A stretch of 64,000 bases of DNA. Source: Eledone cirrhosa. Taxonomy: Eukaryota. The stretch spans positions 389,608,001 through 389,672,000 of the forward strand of contig OZ024740.1 of assembly GCA_964016885.1 (NCBI GenBank). Direction: 5' to 3'. Each line of letters starts with the position of its first letter. Position 1 is the first letter of the stretch. Under the pieces are notes generated by a model. That model was not told where the DNA came from, made no database searches, and saw only the letters and a program-made list of their open reading frames with translations. Below, one piece after another: positions 1 through 11,884 of this stretch. Both the position numbers and the translations under genes were made by a program.

Positions 1-336
1 CTAAAACAATGGAAAGAACTTATATATGAACCAATAAGCTTCTTCATAATAATGTGTTCTGATAGATAAGGAAGCTAAATAACCCTTTAAATAAACTCCC
101 CATCATATTCAAAGTCTGTCTATATGTGTTTTCCTAAATTGTACAGTTACATGATGAGAAGCAAGCACCTAGAACAGTTATGAGATGTTTATGTCAAACC
201 CAAATGAATATACTATACATCTGGAGTGAAAGCAACTTTATATTGTTTTTAAACTTAACGTTTCTTTACCTCTATCATGAGGTAAAATTGAATGATGGGA
301 AAATGTAACAATTTCTTTTCTATCCCATTTGTACAG

Positions 337-442
337 GTTCCTTCTTGGAAAAGACATGGTGTTAGAATATCTGTCATCACATCAACCATTGGTTTCGCTA
401 TTCTTTTTCAACACAACTTTGCTTATTTAACAGCTATTTTAG
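337..442 (+). CDS. Penultimate coding exon of an AAAP/Aa_trans-family (SLC36/SLC32/SLC38-like) amino-acid transporter gene; the gene begins upstream of the window
   Basis: Pyrimidine tract plus acceptor TTTGTACAG ends at 336; donor G|GTGAGT at 443. Translates VPSWKRHGVRISVITSTIGFAILFQHNFAYLTAIL(G), a hydrophobic TM segment. The phase-1 end joins in frame with the exon at 2081. Confidence 0.82.
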
Positions 443-489
443 GTGAGTATCTTTTTTTTTTTTTTCAAATAATATAATTTGTCAAGCTT

Positions 490-835
490 TCTAAGGCTGG
501 ATGGCCTTCCTAACACCAACCGCTTTACTGTGTGTACTGGGTGCATTTCTTGGGCAGATCACTAGCACTAAGGAGTTGGTCATGTCCTTGACAAAACTAA
601 AGGGTCCTCTTGACTCTTTGTTAGGCAAGCTTTCTACAGTTGGATGCCCTTTTACAGCATGTACTGAGTGTGTTTCTTGAGTAGATCACCAACACTAGAG
701 AGATTGTTGTGTCTTTCACACAACAGAAGGGTCCTCTCAACCCTTTTAGGCATGGTTTATACAGCGGGGGTGCTTTTCCTGTTGCCAACCACCCTTACAG
801 AGTGTACCAGGTGCATTTTCATGGCACTGCCACAC
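490..835 (-). mobile_element. Three degenerate tandem copies of an RTE-type LINE 3'-UTR repeat (intronic)
   Basis: Repeated GGATGCCCTTCC..CCAACCA.TTTACAGAGTGTACTGGGTGC motif, the same as in the RTE tails at 8760-9040 and 9290-9650. Confidence 0.65.
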
Positions 836-864
836 ACACACTCACACATTTAGAATGGGTTTCA

Positions 865-995
865 ACAATGAGTGTTCCAGTTGTTTAATGAATGGAACAG
901 ACTTCATGAAATTAAGGTGTAAGTGATTGAGCATTCTAGAGGCATGTGTATCCGTTATGTAATTGCCAGGTTGGTCCTTTGAAATACAGGTATTG
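865..995 (+). mobile_element. Degenerate fragment of a dispersed cephalopod-type SINE body
   Basis: GTTCCAGTTG...GGAACAG...GAAATTAA.GTG.AAGTG..TGAGCA.TC...CCTTTGAAATACAGGTA resembles a high-copy octopus repeat as I recall it; not verified. Confidence 0.4.
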
Positions 996-1349
996 TCCAT
1001 CCATTGATTATATACCTATGCATGCAAAATAGACATTAAATGTTGATGATGATGATATACATACATGTATGTATATACATATGGCATGAATATATAAACA
1101 TACAAGGAAGAAAAGAAGGAACAGTTTGTTTTTAGGGTTAGGGTTTGCCTGGAGATTTAATTAATTTTGTCTTTGAGAAATAAGGGAAGAGAGAGGTAAC
1201 ATGGTAATTGCATACTATTTCACTATCTAATGAAAATATGTCACAAATTAATTAAAAATAAAAGTACTGCTGAAAACTAGTAATTTGAGTCAATTGAAGT
1301 CAGGATGGTAATTGAGAGAAACTGGAACATTATCGTCCAAGGAGCATAT

Positions 1350-1630
1350 CACCATCTTCATCATCACCCAGATGTACTTATTGCATGGATCACCTTGACT
1401 TGTTCTCTCCAGTCTGTTTGGTCTTCCATTGCTTGGTAGGTTTTCTCAAGTGCACTCAGAATCCTCACAAAGTTGCTTTATGTAGGTTCAAGGCGGTCTA
1501 CCAACATTTATGTACCCATGCTTTGGTTCCCTCTAGAGTGATTTCTTTAGTCTGGCCCTTGAGTTGTCTAGCATAGGTGGACAGGAAATGAACTCCCACC
1601 AGCATAGCTCTTGGGATCATTGGAGCACAC
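1350..1630 (-). mobile_element. LINE (RTE-like) 3'-end fragment
   Basis: Minus strand reads AMEDQTDWREQVKVIH, like the RTE C-terminal AMEDRxxWR motif, followed by a (GAT)n-type tail (catcaccatcttcatcatc on +). Confidence 0.5.
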
Positions 1631-2080
1631 AAGATAATAATCATAGTCATAGAAGCGTAATATAATACATATTATAAACACATAAGCAAAGCAAAAAAAT
1701 AATTCTATCATAAACAACTGTACCTATTTTCTGGTGCAGAGTATAGATAGAAGTGAACTTTTGTAAGTCTGTGTGTATTAGTCACTACTAAAGGAGTACA
1801 CCACATATGAGGTGAAATGAAAATTAATATATTGAACTTGAGTAAAACTGCATTATAAAGCAACTGATAAGCTTTTGACATGTTGATACATGATTTGATT
1901 TTCAATTTGAGATTTTAGACTTACATATCGATATGTATTTTTATTTGAACCATTTACATTAAAAACAATTTGAGCTGATATTTTAATAACATTCTTACAA
2001 AAAGTAAACAATACAAAAACAAAGATAATTATATTTTTCAAAGTATTTAACAATATATATTTTTTCAATTTATATTTTAG

Positions 2081-2256
2081 GTTCCATTGGAGGGACTCTT
2101 CTTTTATTTATCCTGCCCTGTATCTTCGAACTGTTTTTATGGTGGAAAAAATTGTCTGTTAAAATTATTATCAAGAATGTATTTATCGCATTGTTTGGTC
2201 TTGTTGGAAGCTGTCTTAGTCTGTATTCCATCCTAAGAAAGATGAGTCGATTGTGA
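2081..2256 (+). CDS. Terminal coding exon of the AAAP/Aa_trans-family amino-acid transporter
   Basis: Acceptor TATATTTTAG ends at 2080. The spliced frame reads GSIGGTLLLFILPCIFELFLWWKKLSVKIIIKNVFIALFGLVGSCLSLYSILRKMSRL* with TGA at 2254-2256. The pattern G-S-x-G...L-x-F-I-L-P-x-x-F followed by a last TM helix is typical of Aa_trans C-termini. Confidence 0.82.
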
Positions 2257-3035
2257 AGCTGGATATGATTTAATGAACATTTCATGTTAGCATACAAGGT
2301 CAGAACATTTTGCAATATATCAATCTCATAAACTAATTAAATTTTCAACAAATAAGAACAGAAAGAAAACATATCAATGACAGTTGCCAGAGAGCCACTG
2401 CTGTCCTATGTTGGAGACTAGAACCAATTGTTGATTAATAAGTTAAACAATAGTGTTCTTATTATGTACCCCGGTCAGAACTGTTGTCTTGTTGTTAATG
2501 TCATTGAGATCTCTGACAAACTGCTATAAATTGCAATAGCCAAATCAAATTAACACTATTGTATATTATTTTCTCGTCTCTTTAGTTGATCTCTCATTTT
2601 CTGGGTTTTAATTGTCTTTTTAAAGAAAAGGCTTTTATTTATAGAATTTCAAATTTAGTATTTACTTGATATTTTTTAAAGTAATTACTTTATTTTTTAA
2701 GCTGTGTTTGTTCATTTTAAAAATATATTTATTATTTATCTTTTTTTTTTACATTTTATCAATGTAGATTTCTTTTTAATGACAAAACATGACATGAATT
2801 ATATTAAAGAGTTCAAGGAAAGACGACAAACATTTTCATTCTAAAAATTCTGAAATTCACAAACATAGACACACAAAAAGCATATCATGAAATTTTTTTC
2901 TTTTATTTTTTTATCAATATTATACCAAGTACAGGAGCCATTCATCTATTTTCATTTTTTAACGAGGAAATAAATTTCATAACTAATTAATAGAAATTGG
3001 TGAAATCAGTTTCCAAATATAATGGAATAAATTGA
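2257..3035 (+). other. Probable 3' UTR of the transporter gene with candidate poly(A) signals
   Basis: AT-rich sequence after the stop codon; AATAAA near 2969 and 3026. The true end is unknown. Confidence 0.4.
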
Positions 3036-3139
3036 ATGAAATAGATTATTTTTTTGATAGCATATTTGTGTGATACCTATAAATGAAATGAAGAGGTACA
3101 CAGTGTTACATAGATATGGTTATGTGTTTCTATGTTATA

Positions 3140-3156
3140 TCTCTATATATACTGTA

Positions 3157-3206
<50 letters not shown>

Positions 3207-3276
3207 CATGTATGTATACACTGTATGTGTGTATATATATATATGTGTGTATGTATGTATGCACTGTATGTGTGTG

Positions 3277-3312
<36 letters not shown>

Positions 3313-3841
3313 ATATATATATGTGTGAGTATGTATGTATACACTGTATGTGTGTATATATGTGTATGTATACACTGTATGTGTATATATATATCTATGT
3401 ATGTGTGTATGTATACACTGTATGTGTATATATATATATATATATCTATATGTATGTATACACTGTATGTGTGTGTATATATGTATATGTATGTATGTAT
3501 GCATGTATACAATGTCTGTGTATATATATATCTATGTATGTATGTATGTATACACTGTATGTGTGTGTATATATATATCTATATATGTATGTATGTATGT
3601 ATGTATACACTGTATGTGTGTATATATGTGTATGTATACACTGTATGTGTATATATATATCTATGTATGTGTGTATGTATACACTGTATGTGTATATATA
3701 TATCTATATGTATGTATACACTGTATGTGTGTGTATATATGTATATGTATGTATGTATGCATGTATACAATGTCTGTGTATATATATATCTATGTATGTA
3801 TGTATGTATGTATACACTGTATGTGTGTGTATATATATATC

Positions 3842-3872
<31 letters not shown>

Positions 3873-3877
3873 ACACT

Positions 3878-3917
<40 letters not shown>

Positions 3918-4303
3918 ACACTGTATGTGTGTGTATAATATATATATCTATGTATGTATGTATACACTATGTGTGTGTGTATATATATATCTATCTATAT
4001 ATGTATGTATACACTGTATGTGTGTGTATATATCTATCTATATATGTATGTATACACTGTATGTGTGTGTATATATCTATCTATATATGTATGTATGTAT
4101 ACACTGTATGTGTGTGTATATATATCTATATATGTATGTATGTATACACTGTATGTGTGTGTATATATATATATCTATGTATGTATGTATACACTGTATG
4201 TGTGTATATATATATATATGTTTGTATACACTGTATGTGTGTATGTATGTATATATATATGTATACACTGTATGTGTGTGTATATATATATATATGTATA
4301 CAC

Positions 4304-4350
<47 letters not shown>

Positions 4351-4390
4351 TGTGTGTGTGTGTGTATATATATATATAAAATTGTGTGTT
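3140..4390. repeat. Compound (TA)n/(TG)n/(TATG)n microsatellite with recurring TATACACTGTATG spacer
   Basis: Directly visible; all overlapping ORFs are low-complexity Y/I/C/V/M/H/T translations. Confidence 0.97.
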
Positions 4391-4599
4391 TTATGAAGCT
4401 GGTTGAAAACAATATGTGCAGCTCCAGCCGTTCCTTACTTTAATGAGATAGAAAATTTGTTCATAAAAATATACAAATTTATAAAAGAGTGTTTTAGTTT
4501 GCTTGTGTTAAAGTATAAAGCAGTATGTTATTTGAAGGCTATGACAATACAAATGGGCAGTAGCTTTTGGAATAAGTTGAAGGTAACAGAAATGTTGGT

Positions 4600-5320
4600 G
4601 TGTTACCTGTTATTTTAATTACCTGTCCTAATATTTTGGGTCTAAAATCCCTTCGTCAAGAGACTTTAATAAGAAAAAACTGGCTCGAAGTTTATGAGTT
4701 TGTTGTTATCGGTTCACCATTTTTTCTTCTTTTGCTTGTAAGCAGTGATCTATTTAAAACTGCTGAAAGTGATGGGAGAATGATGTCTGTGGACTGGCAT
4801 GTGTAATGTTGTGTGTGTGGGTGGGTGTGTTCCTGCAAATATGTGCTTTTGTTTGTTTGTATGTCAAATTTTTCGATGCAAATATTGTGTCAAGTTGCTA
4901 TAGATTGGATAATTTAGCTATTCTGGATTGAGTTATGTGTTTGCCTGCATGTATATGTCGAATGTTGTGTGTCTAGTTGTAATTCTCTAGTAGAGTTGGC
5001 TAGTATGCGTGTGTGCATTATGTCAGAAGTTACATGTGTGCACTTTTATGCTAAGTATTGCACTCTGAGTTCTAATCTGTTGTTGATTTGTGGGTTATGG
5101 CTAGCTATTAGTATTTCTTTGATTGTAAAGTTGCTTAAGTTGCTGTCCCTGGCTTCAGTAGTAACTGTTATGTCCTTTCTATTATTTCTGCATTTGTGTA
5201 AGTGTTTCCTGAAGAAGGATGCATGTGTATTGAGATGTTCTTTAATGCGACCGTGAAGACTTCTAACAGTACTACCGATGTAAAAGTCCCATACAAATTT
5301 ATGACTCAGAGTGGACACAG
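4600..5320 (-). mobile_element. Penelope-like element relic: GIY-YIG endonuclease C-terminal half plus 3' region with degenerate hammerhead motif
   Basis: ORF 5046-5318(-) reads FYIGSTVRSLHGRIKEH...KHLHKC...IKE.LI..HNPQINNRLE, carrying the YIG, RxxEH, catalytic E and PxxN motifs of PLE GIY-YIG domains. A hammerhead-like motif lies on the same strand at 4625-4665. Confidence 0.8.
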
Positions 5321-5600
5321 TACCTTAATAGTAAGGAAACGACAATGTGTGAGTGATAATAATAATTATATATCATATATACCTGGATTATTGGTAGTTT
5401 TTGCTCCACAAACTGATCCTAACAGTTTCAGCTGCCAACTGTTATTCACAGTAATTTTGTAGTCTTTGCAAACATTACATAATTGACACTGAGGATGTCA
5501 TCAGCTGGTGTTTGTCCAACCTCAGAAAGGAAAGGTTATCGATATCATCATATCCGTGTTTGGTGGCTGCCATTATACATTTTTTAAAATTTATGTATGT

Positions 5601-6367
5601 AAAATAATAAAGATTTGAAAAAAAGCATATAATATTTATTTTATTTACATGTTACATGTAATGAAAAAAATGTTTCACATCAAACAGAATAGTTTTTGTA
5701 CTTTTGTACTTGACTAGTTCCGCTTTTCAAATGTTTTTTCATGTCTAATTTACCAGTTTTCCATTTGTACTGTTATTGTTGCTTATGTTTTTGTTAAAAC
5801 GAAGGATGAAACAGGTATTATTTAAAAAAAAAAATTTTCTTGCCAATGTCTTTTTCCTCTGAAGTTGACTGGCAACATTGGGAGAGTAGGAAAACATTGA
5901 AATTTGGTAAAGTTTACCCTCTGCATTTCTGTACATCTTCATTAAGAGGAATGCAGAGGCTGAGCTTTACTAACCTAAATTTCAATGTCTTCCTATTCTC
6001 CCAATGTTGCCAGTCAACATCTGAAGAAAAACACATTGGCAAAGAAAAGTTTAGGTCAAAGTTAAATTCTTTGCACACCGAATTTTTAATACCTAGTCAA
6101 ACCTGAGTTACGTCTCTTGTCAAGGATTGTGTTTTCCTTACCACAAAGGACAAAGATACAACCAGTTGCGTCCCTTGTTTTAACAAAAACCTAAGCAACA
6201 ATAACATTACGAATGGAAACTTAGAAAATTAGACATGAAAAAACGTTTGAAAAGCTGTTTTAAGCGAAACTGGTCAAGTGCAAATTTTTTTTCTGCACTA
6301 TACACGTAACATGTATATATGATAAATAAAAACACATTAGTTGCTTTTTTCAAATCTTTATTATTTT
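5601..6367. mobile_element. Foldback/MITE-like near-palindromic element (~770 bp)
   Basis: Outer arms 5601-5815 and 6160-6367 are reverse complements (AAAATAATAAAGATTTGAAAAAAAGCA / TGCTTTTTTCAAATCTTTATTATTTT). Inner arms ~5835-5910 and ~5965-6050 pair as well; central CCTCTGCATT/AATGCAGAGG stem. Confidence 0.75.
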
Positions 6368-7399
6368 TCCCATATAAGACGATTTGTAGAGAAATCTTTA
6401 ATCTTCCAGCATTTTGATTTCTCTCTCTTTATGTATATATGTATGTAAATATGTATGTGTGTGTACACACATACACACACACTATATATATATATATATA
6501 TACACATATATATGTTCTTGACTACTATGTAGTCAAATACAGAGGTGACAAATTGTATGTCACTTTTCTGTACCAGAGAGTTTTTTTTTTTTTGGTACTT
6601 GTTGAGATTGATTGTAAGATCTAGTCTCATACCAAATTACTGATGTAACATTGTTTGAATATTACACTAAAATTGGAACCAATGGAAACAAAGAAGGAAA
6701 TTAAACACCTCTATCCTGGTCCAATGAAGATGATACAACAAAAAATATATCTGTTTCTGTTAACAATGTCATAACAATATTTTGTTGTCACTTATATTAT
6801 GTGAATGTATGTATTCTTTTATTGGTTGGACTGTGACCTTGCTGGGGCACTGCCTTCAATATGTATGTAATTAATATTTCATTGAATAGATATATTTCTG
6901 TTTATAGGGCAAAATATTTTAAGTTGAAAACAACAGCAGCAACATGAGCATTAAATTGATTAATGAGTTTGAGATTTGAGTTAACAGTTTACGACAAAAT
7001 TGATATTGTGCAGTATACAGGTTGCTAATTAAGAATAATTAAGTGAATATTTGATCACTTAGAAAAAATTTATCATAAAAGTGGTCATTAACTTATGCCT
7101 GACTCAATATAGCAGCCAATTAATGACTGTATTTTATGATTAGAAAGTTCTTTTTATCTGAAAATCTCCTAATTTTGTATTGCTATTGATTGAATAAATT
7201 AGCGGAAGCTTTCTCTTCATTATCATAGAACTGCTGATTGATCACTATTTTTATTCTGCTGATCTACATTCCAGCATTCATTATAGAGTTGATTCAAGAT
7301 CCTGTAGAATTAGAGGATTTTATGCAACTCCCAATGCAATTTCAGTAAAATCCATGTTTCAGTTAAAGAAGTAGACAACCCTTCCCTAGGAAAAGTTAA

Positions 7400-8060
7400 T
7401 GACATTATATAAGAAACAGCTTGCTGATATATGTTGGTATGTGATGGAGAGATAAGGTACATGAAGAGAACAGCAGAAGCTGGAGAAAAATGCTGTTTCA
7501 GCAGAGAGTCACTAGAAAGAAGAGAATTAGGAAAAAATAAAAAAATTTAGTGGGATGGGGAATACAAGAATAGGTTAGGAGAGAGAAGAAAGTGATAAGA
7601 GAAATATAAAGAATAAGTATTTGTTGGAGAGAATAAATGGAAAAGAAGACATGTGGTGAGGGAGGATCAAATGTCTTGAGAAAAGATATAGTGGTGCAAA
7701 ATGGGTTTGACTAATTTTTTTAAATTTTTTTTTTATTTCATTTTTATTCAGCTCATGAACCACTCTCTACTGCACTTCCCTTCTTTTTTTTCTTTCTTTC
7801 TCTTCCTCAACTATTTACTTGAAGTGCAAAACCTCAGATGGAGGATAGCGAGGGAGATATGCTGAAAGAATCAGTCCAATTTTCAGGTCTCATTCTTTGT
7901 GGGTGGCCAACTCCGTCCTGATCGCTGTAAGTAGGGAGGTCATTCAAGGGTCCGGGACGCTGGAAGTATATGACATTATATAAGAAGCTACTTGAAAGTA
8001 TTGATATGTGATGGAGAAATAAGGTGTGTTAAGAGAATAGCAGAAGCTGGAGAGATATGT
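7400..8060. repeat. Diverged ~90-bp direct repeat (7401-7490 and 7972-8055), possibly LINE-derived
   Basis: GACATTATATAAGAA...TATGTGATGGAGA.ATAAGGT...AAGAGAA.AGCAGAAGCTGGAGA occurs twice, ~570 bp apart. Confidence 0.6.
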
Positions 8061-8649
8061 TGATAGAGTATAAGTGGCTAAATAGATATGAGAAATGGCT
8101 ACAAAGAGGAAAGGAGACTTATTTGAATTGAAAAAAAAAGAAAGTGAAATGAATTTTAAGCAATATTTATGAGTAAAATTAAAGGTATTGTTTCGAGATT
8201 TAATGATGTATAAGAAATATAGGAAAATGGGATAAGCTATAGGTTTACCACATCCTTTTGAAACCTTAAATAACCACAAACCAACACATCTTGCATATAC
8301 ACACATATATGCATATCATTTCACTTTTTCAAATTTTTCTTTTCATTCTACGATTGAATTTGTTCTCAAGTACAGTGGCAATACAAATATGTGTAATTCA
8401 CAAATATATTGCTCCGATTCACATAGCAATATCACATTCCATTAACATTTTTTTTATTAACAGATATATTTTTCTTTTTTCTTTTTATTTAAAAAAAAAA
8501 CATCAGTTAGAAATACTTGTATATGTACAAGTAAATAAATTTACATATTTTCTCATTAAAAATCATTAAAAGAAGAACAATTGTTTTACTTTACTTTTTT
8601 TATTGCTTTGTGTTGATATTATTGGTAATATGAAATTCTTTCAAGCAAC

Positions 8650-9060
8650 TATATCATCATAATTTTATGTTCACTTTCCTTGCTGGCATGTATTGGATGA
8701 GTTGTCACAGTCCAAGATTAGACAGCTCAGAGAGACATCTTTCCATACATTCCATTTTGGGCATAGTTCCTATGGCTGGATTCCCTTCCTAATGCAATTG
8801 ACCTTACAGAGTGTACTGGGTGTATTTTATTGCGGCACCAGCACTACCACTTTACAGAGTGTATTGTATGTATTTTATTGCGGCACCAACACTACCACTT
8901 TACAGAGTGTACTGGGTGTATTTTATCATGGCACCAGCACTACCACTTTACAGAGTGTACTGGGTGTATTTTATCATGGCACCAGCACTACCACTTTACA
9001 GAGTGTACTGGGTATATTTTATCATAGGTGCCACCAGTGCTAGGGAGGTTGTTAAATGCA
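8650..9060 (-). mobile_element. RTE 3'-end fragment containing a 48-bp minisatellite (about 5 units, ~8803-9030)
   Basis: Unit TACAGAGTGTACTGGGTGTATTTTATCATGGCACCAGCACTACCACTT (48 bp) in tandem; CATCAT tail remnant at ~8653. Confidence 0.8.
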
Positions 9061-9164
9061 CAACTAGACTGGAATGTCCACTCTATCTTATATTATTTCC
9101 ATTTGATCATTAATCACTTTAAATATGGTCCAATCTATGCCAACATGGAAAAAATGAATGATGA

Positions 9165-11090
9165 CAATCATCATCATCATCACCGTTTAACATCCACTTT
9201 GCCATTTGTCACGCTAGCATGGGTTATGAGTTGTCCCATTGTGAGACAAGTCAGATTAGGTGACTGTCATGCTCATACACAACTGTTTCTGGTTTGGTTT
9301 CTACAGCTGGATGCCCTTCCAAACACCAACCACATTTACAGCATGTCCTGTGTACTTTTTATCATGGCACCAAAATGACCAACAGACATATTGGACTGGG
9401 TGCTTTTTGTTGTGTCACCATCACAGGGTGAACTAGGTGCTTGTTGATGTATTACAAACATGAATACTTTGCAGGACGGACTGGGTGCTTTTTGTTGTCA
9501 CCAATACAGCCACTTTACAGGATGGACTGGGTTCTTTTGTCATGTCATAAACCCAACCACCTTACAGGAAGGGCTGAGTGCTCTTTTCTTATGTCACCAG
9601 CATAACCACCTCACAAGACGGACTGGGAGCTTTTAGTCATTTCAGCAGCATTGTGAGGGAGCATGTCCAGCTTTCCATGTCTGTATGCATGAGTTGGACA
9701 AGTGAGGTATATCAGGTGTGGAAAGTGGGAGAGGAGTAGTGAGTGTATACTTAGCTGGTGAAGTGTGGGGTGTAGAAAAGTGCTTTTTGTTGTGGCAGAA
9801 GCATTATGGGAGGAGGAAACAAATTTGGAGTGTGTGTCCTACTTTCCACACTTGTGTGTAGGGGTTGAGCATGACCAGAGAAGTACCATAGTGGTGTGCA
9901 AGTTGGACACGGATAAGGTGAGTGGGGTATTTAGTTGGTGAGGGTGAGGATATTAAGACTAGGGAAGGTGAATGGGGAAGAGGTACGGAAATGCTACTTG
10001 CAGGCCAGTGTCCTCTACATGTTTTATCCTGTGCATATGGGGGAGGTGGATCTTATGCAGCCCAGCATAATGCCAGAGAAGCCAGTCCTGTGTCATCTCC
10101 TTTGAGAAGTTTAATTGTGCAAGGTCAGCTTTTATCACTTCATCCCAAGCTTTCCTAAGTCTTCCTCTTCCATAGCTTCCATCAACTTTGAACGCCCTGC
10201 ACCATTTTATACAGCTATCATCCTCCATACGCATCACATGTCTATGCCATCACAATCTCCTCTTCTGCACACTACATCTGATCCCTCTTATGCCCAGTTT
10301 CTCTCTTAGTTCATTTATGCTTCATTGTTCATGCACACTACTATTACACATCCATTGAAGCATACAAGCTTCATTTCTTTCCAATTTTGTAAATCCTCTG
10401 CACACAGTTCCCAGATCTCACTTCCCTGCAGCATCGCTTGTTTGTACACAATCTGCTTTTCCTTTTGAGGAAAAAAGACTTTTGTAGTTAGCAGCGGTTT
10501 TAGTTCCCTGAATTTTTTCTTCCTGTTCTCACTCCGGCTAATGTACTTTCAGAACACCCAACTCCACTTCTAATTTGGTCAACCAGGTAAAAGAAGCTAT
10601 CAAGTATTTCTACAGAGCTCTCTGAGAATGTCATAGAGGTTGTTTTCTGTAAGCTCATATTTCATCTACCACATGTAAAACCTATGTTCTTTGCTAGCCT
10701 GCTGAGATACTGCTACATTGCTTGTGTACCCATAATTTGCATTTGAGACATAGGATGGAATTTCTACCTACTCCTGTCCTGCATACAGAGCAAAGCCATT
10801 GCTCTGAAGGAATCAAGGCTCTCTTTTCCTTTCTATTTACTAGGACTTTAGTTTTTGTCAAGTTGACTTTAAGGCCTTTTTATTGCAAGCTATGCTTCCA
10901 GGTCTGGAATTTCTTCTTTAATTCTGCCATGAATTCGGCTATAAGGGTTAGATTATCAGCATATAGAAGTTCCCATGGGCAGCCAGTTTTGAACTTTTCT
11001 ATTATGGCTTGCAGGATGATAATAACTGGAGCAGGCTAAGGACAAACCCCTGATGGACCCCCACTTGCATCCTAAATTCGTTACTATAAT
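9165..11090 (-). mobile_element. 5'-truncated RTE-clade non-LTR retrotransposon (decayed RT, PHD-like Zn finger, C-terminus, 3' UTR, (ATG)n tail)
   Basis: Minus strand reads FRMQVGVHQGFVLS, KTGCPWELLYADNL, GLKVNLTKTKVL, DSFFYL.DQI..G.GCSES and GSYGRGRLRKAWDEVIKADL, with stops and frameshifts. Microsatellite tail at 9168-9183. Confidence 0.9.
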
Positions 11091-11217
11091 CATTAAAGTT
11101 TAGGTAATTGACTTATTGACTTTTATTTATGACAACAGAATGAGATAAAAACTAAAACATCTTTGTTGTAGGCTATATTTATACTTTGTAATTTTGGTTT
11201 CTACTGACCTTCAATTA

Positions 11218-11380
11218 TACGCCATGCTTTCTAGCATAGTTACGTCCCTTTACAGTCTGAGTTCAAATCCCGCCGAGGTTAACTTTGCCTTTCATCCTTA
11301 CGGGGTCGATAAAATAAAGTACCAGTAATGTACTGGGTAATTGCTGGCCTTGTGCCTAAAGTAGAAACAATTATATTATT
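11218..11380 (+). mobile_element. tRNA-derived SINE, internally deleted variant
   Basis: B box GAGTTCAAATCC; central GTTAACTTTGCCTTTCATCCTTACGGGGTCGATAAAATAAAGTACCAG; 3' GGCCTTGTGCC..AA.TAGAAAC plus (ATT)n-like tail. Confidence 0.85.
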
Positions 11381-11407
11381 ATAACATAATACCTATGATA
11401 GTTAAAC

Positions 11408-11630
11408 AGCATTGGCAGTATCGGTAGAGCATCAGACACCATGCTTTACAGCATAGTTATGGCCCTATACATTCTGTGTTCAAATCCCATTGAGGTTAAG
11501 TTTGCCTTTCATCCTTACGGGGTCGATAAAATAAAGCACCAGTAATGCACTGGGGACGATTTAATCGACTCTCCCCCTCCCCCACAAAAAAAAATTTGCT
11601 GGCCTTGTGCTTAAAGTAGAAACAACTATT
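11408..11630 (+). mobile_element. tRNA-derived SINE, near full length (tandem with the previous copy)
   Basis: A-box-like TGGCAGTATCGG, B-box-like GTTCAAATCC, same central and 3' domains as the previous copy. Confidence 0.85.
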
Positions 11631-11884
11631 TTTACCCTTTATCTCCAAAATATATATATAAAAAAGTGATTACTAGAACAATTCAGTCAATGTGTGTGTT
11701 ATAAATAGCTTAATTTGAAAGCAGCAAAGATGCTGGAAATACCTTGTGTTTATTTAAGAACTACTCATCCCCTGAAAGCACTGCGACAAAGAAAATGTGC
11801 ATATTCACAGCTCCACATGTAAAAATATTTACCAAAATATTTTATTCATATTAACAATAATTGACTGTTTCCTGGTTTTAAGAA

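Noticed and set aside
1130-1146. Telomeric TTAGGG repeats (also ~13037 and ~16278)
   Set aside because: Only one or two perfect units each, too short to be a telomere or meaningful interstitial array.
3070-4443. 457-aa and overlapping ORFs
   Set aside because: Translations of a (TA)/(TG) microsatellite.
11408-11490. tRNA gene
   Set aside because: A/B boxes are present, but there is no cloverleaf and the sequence continues into a SINE body found seven times in the window.
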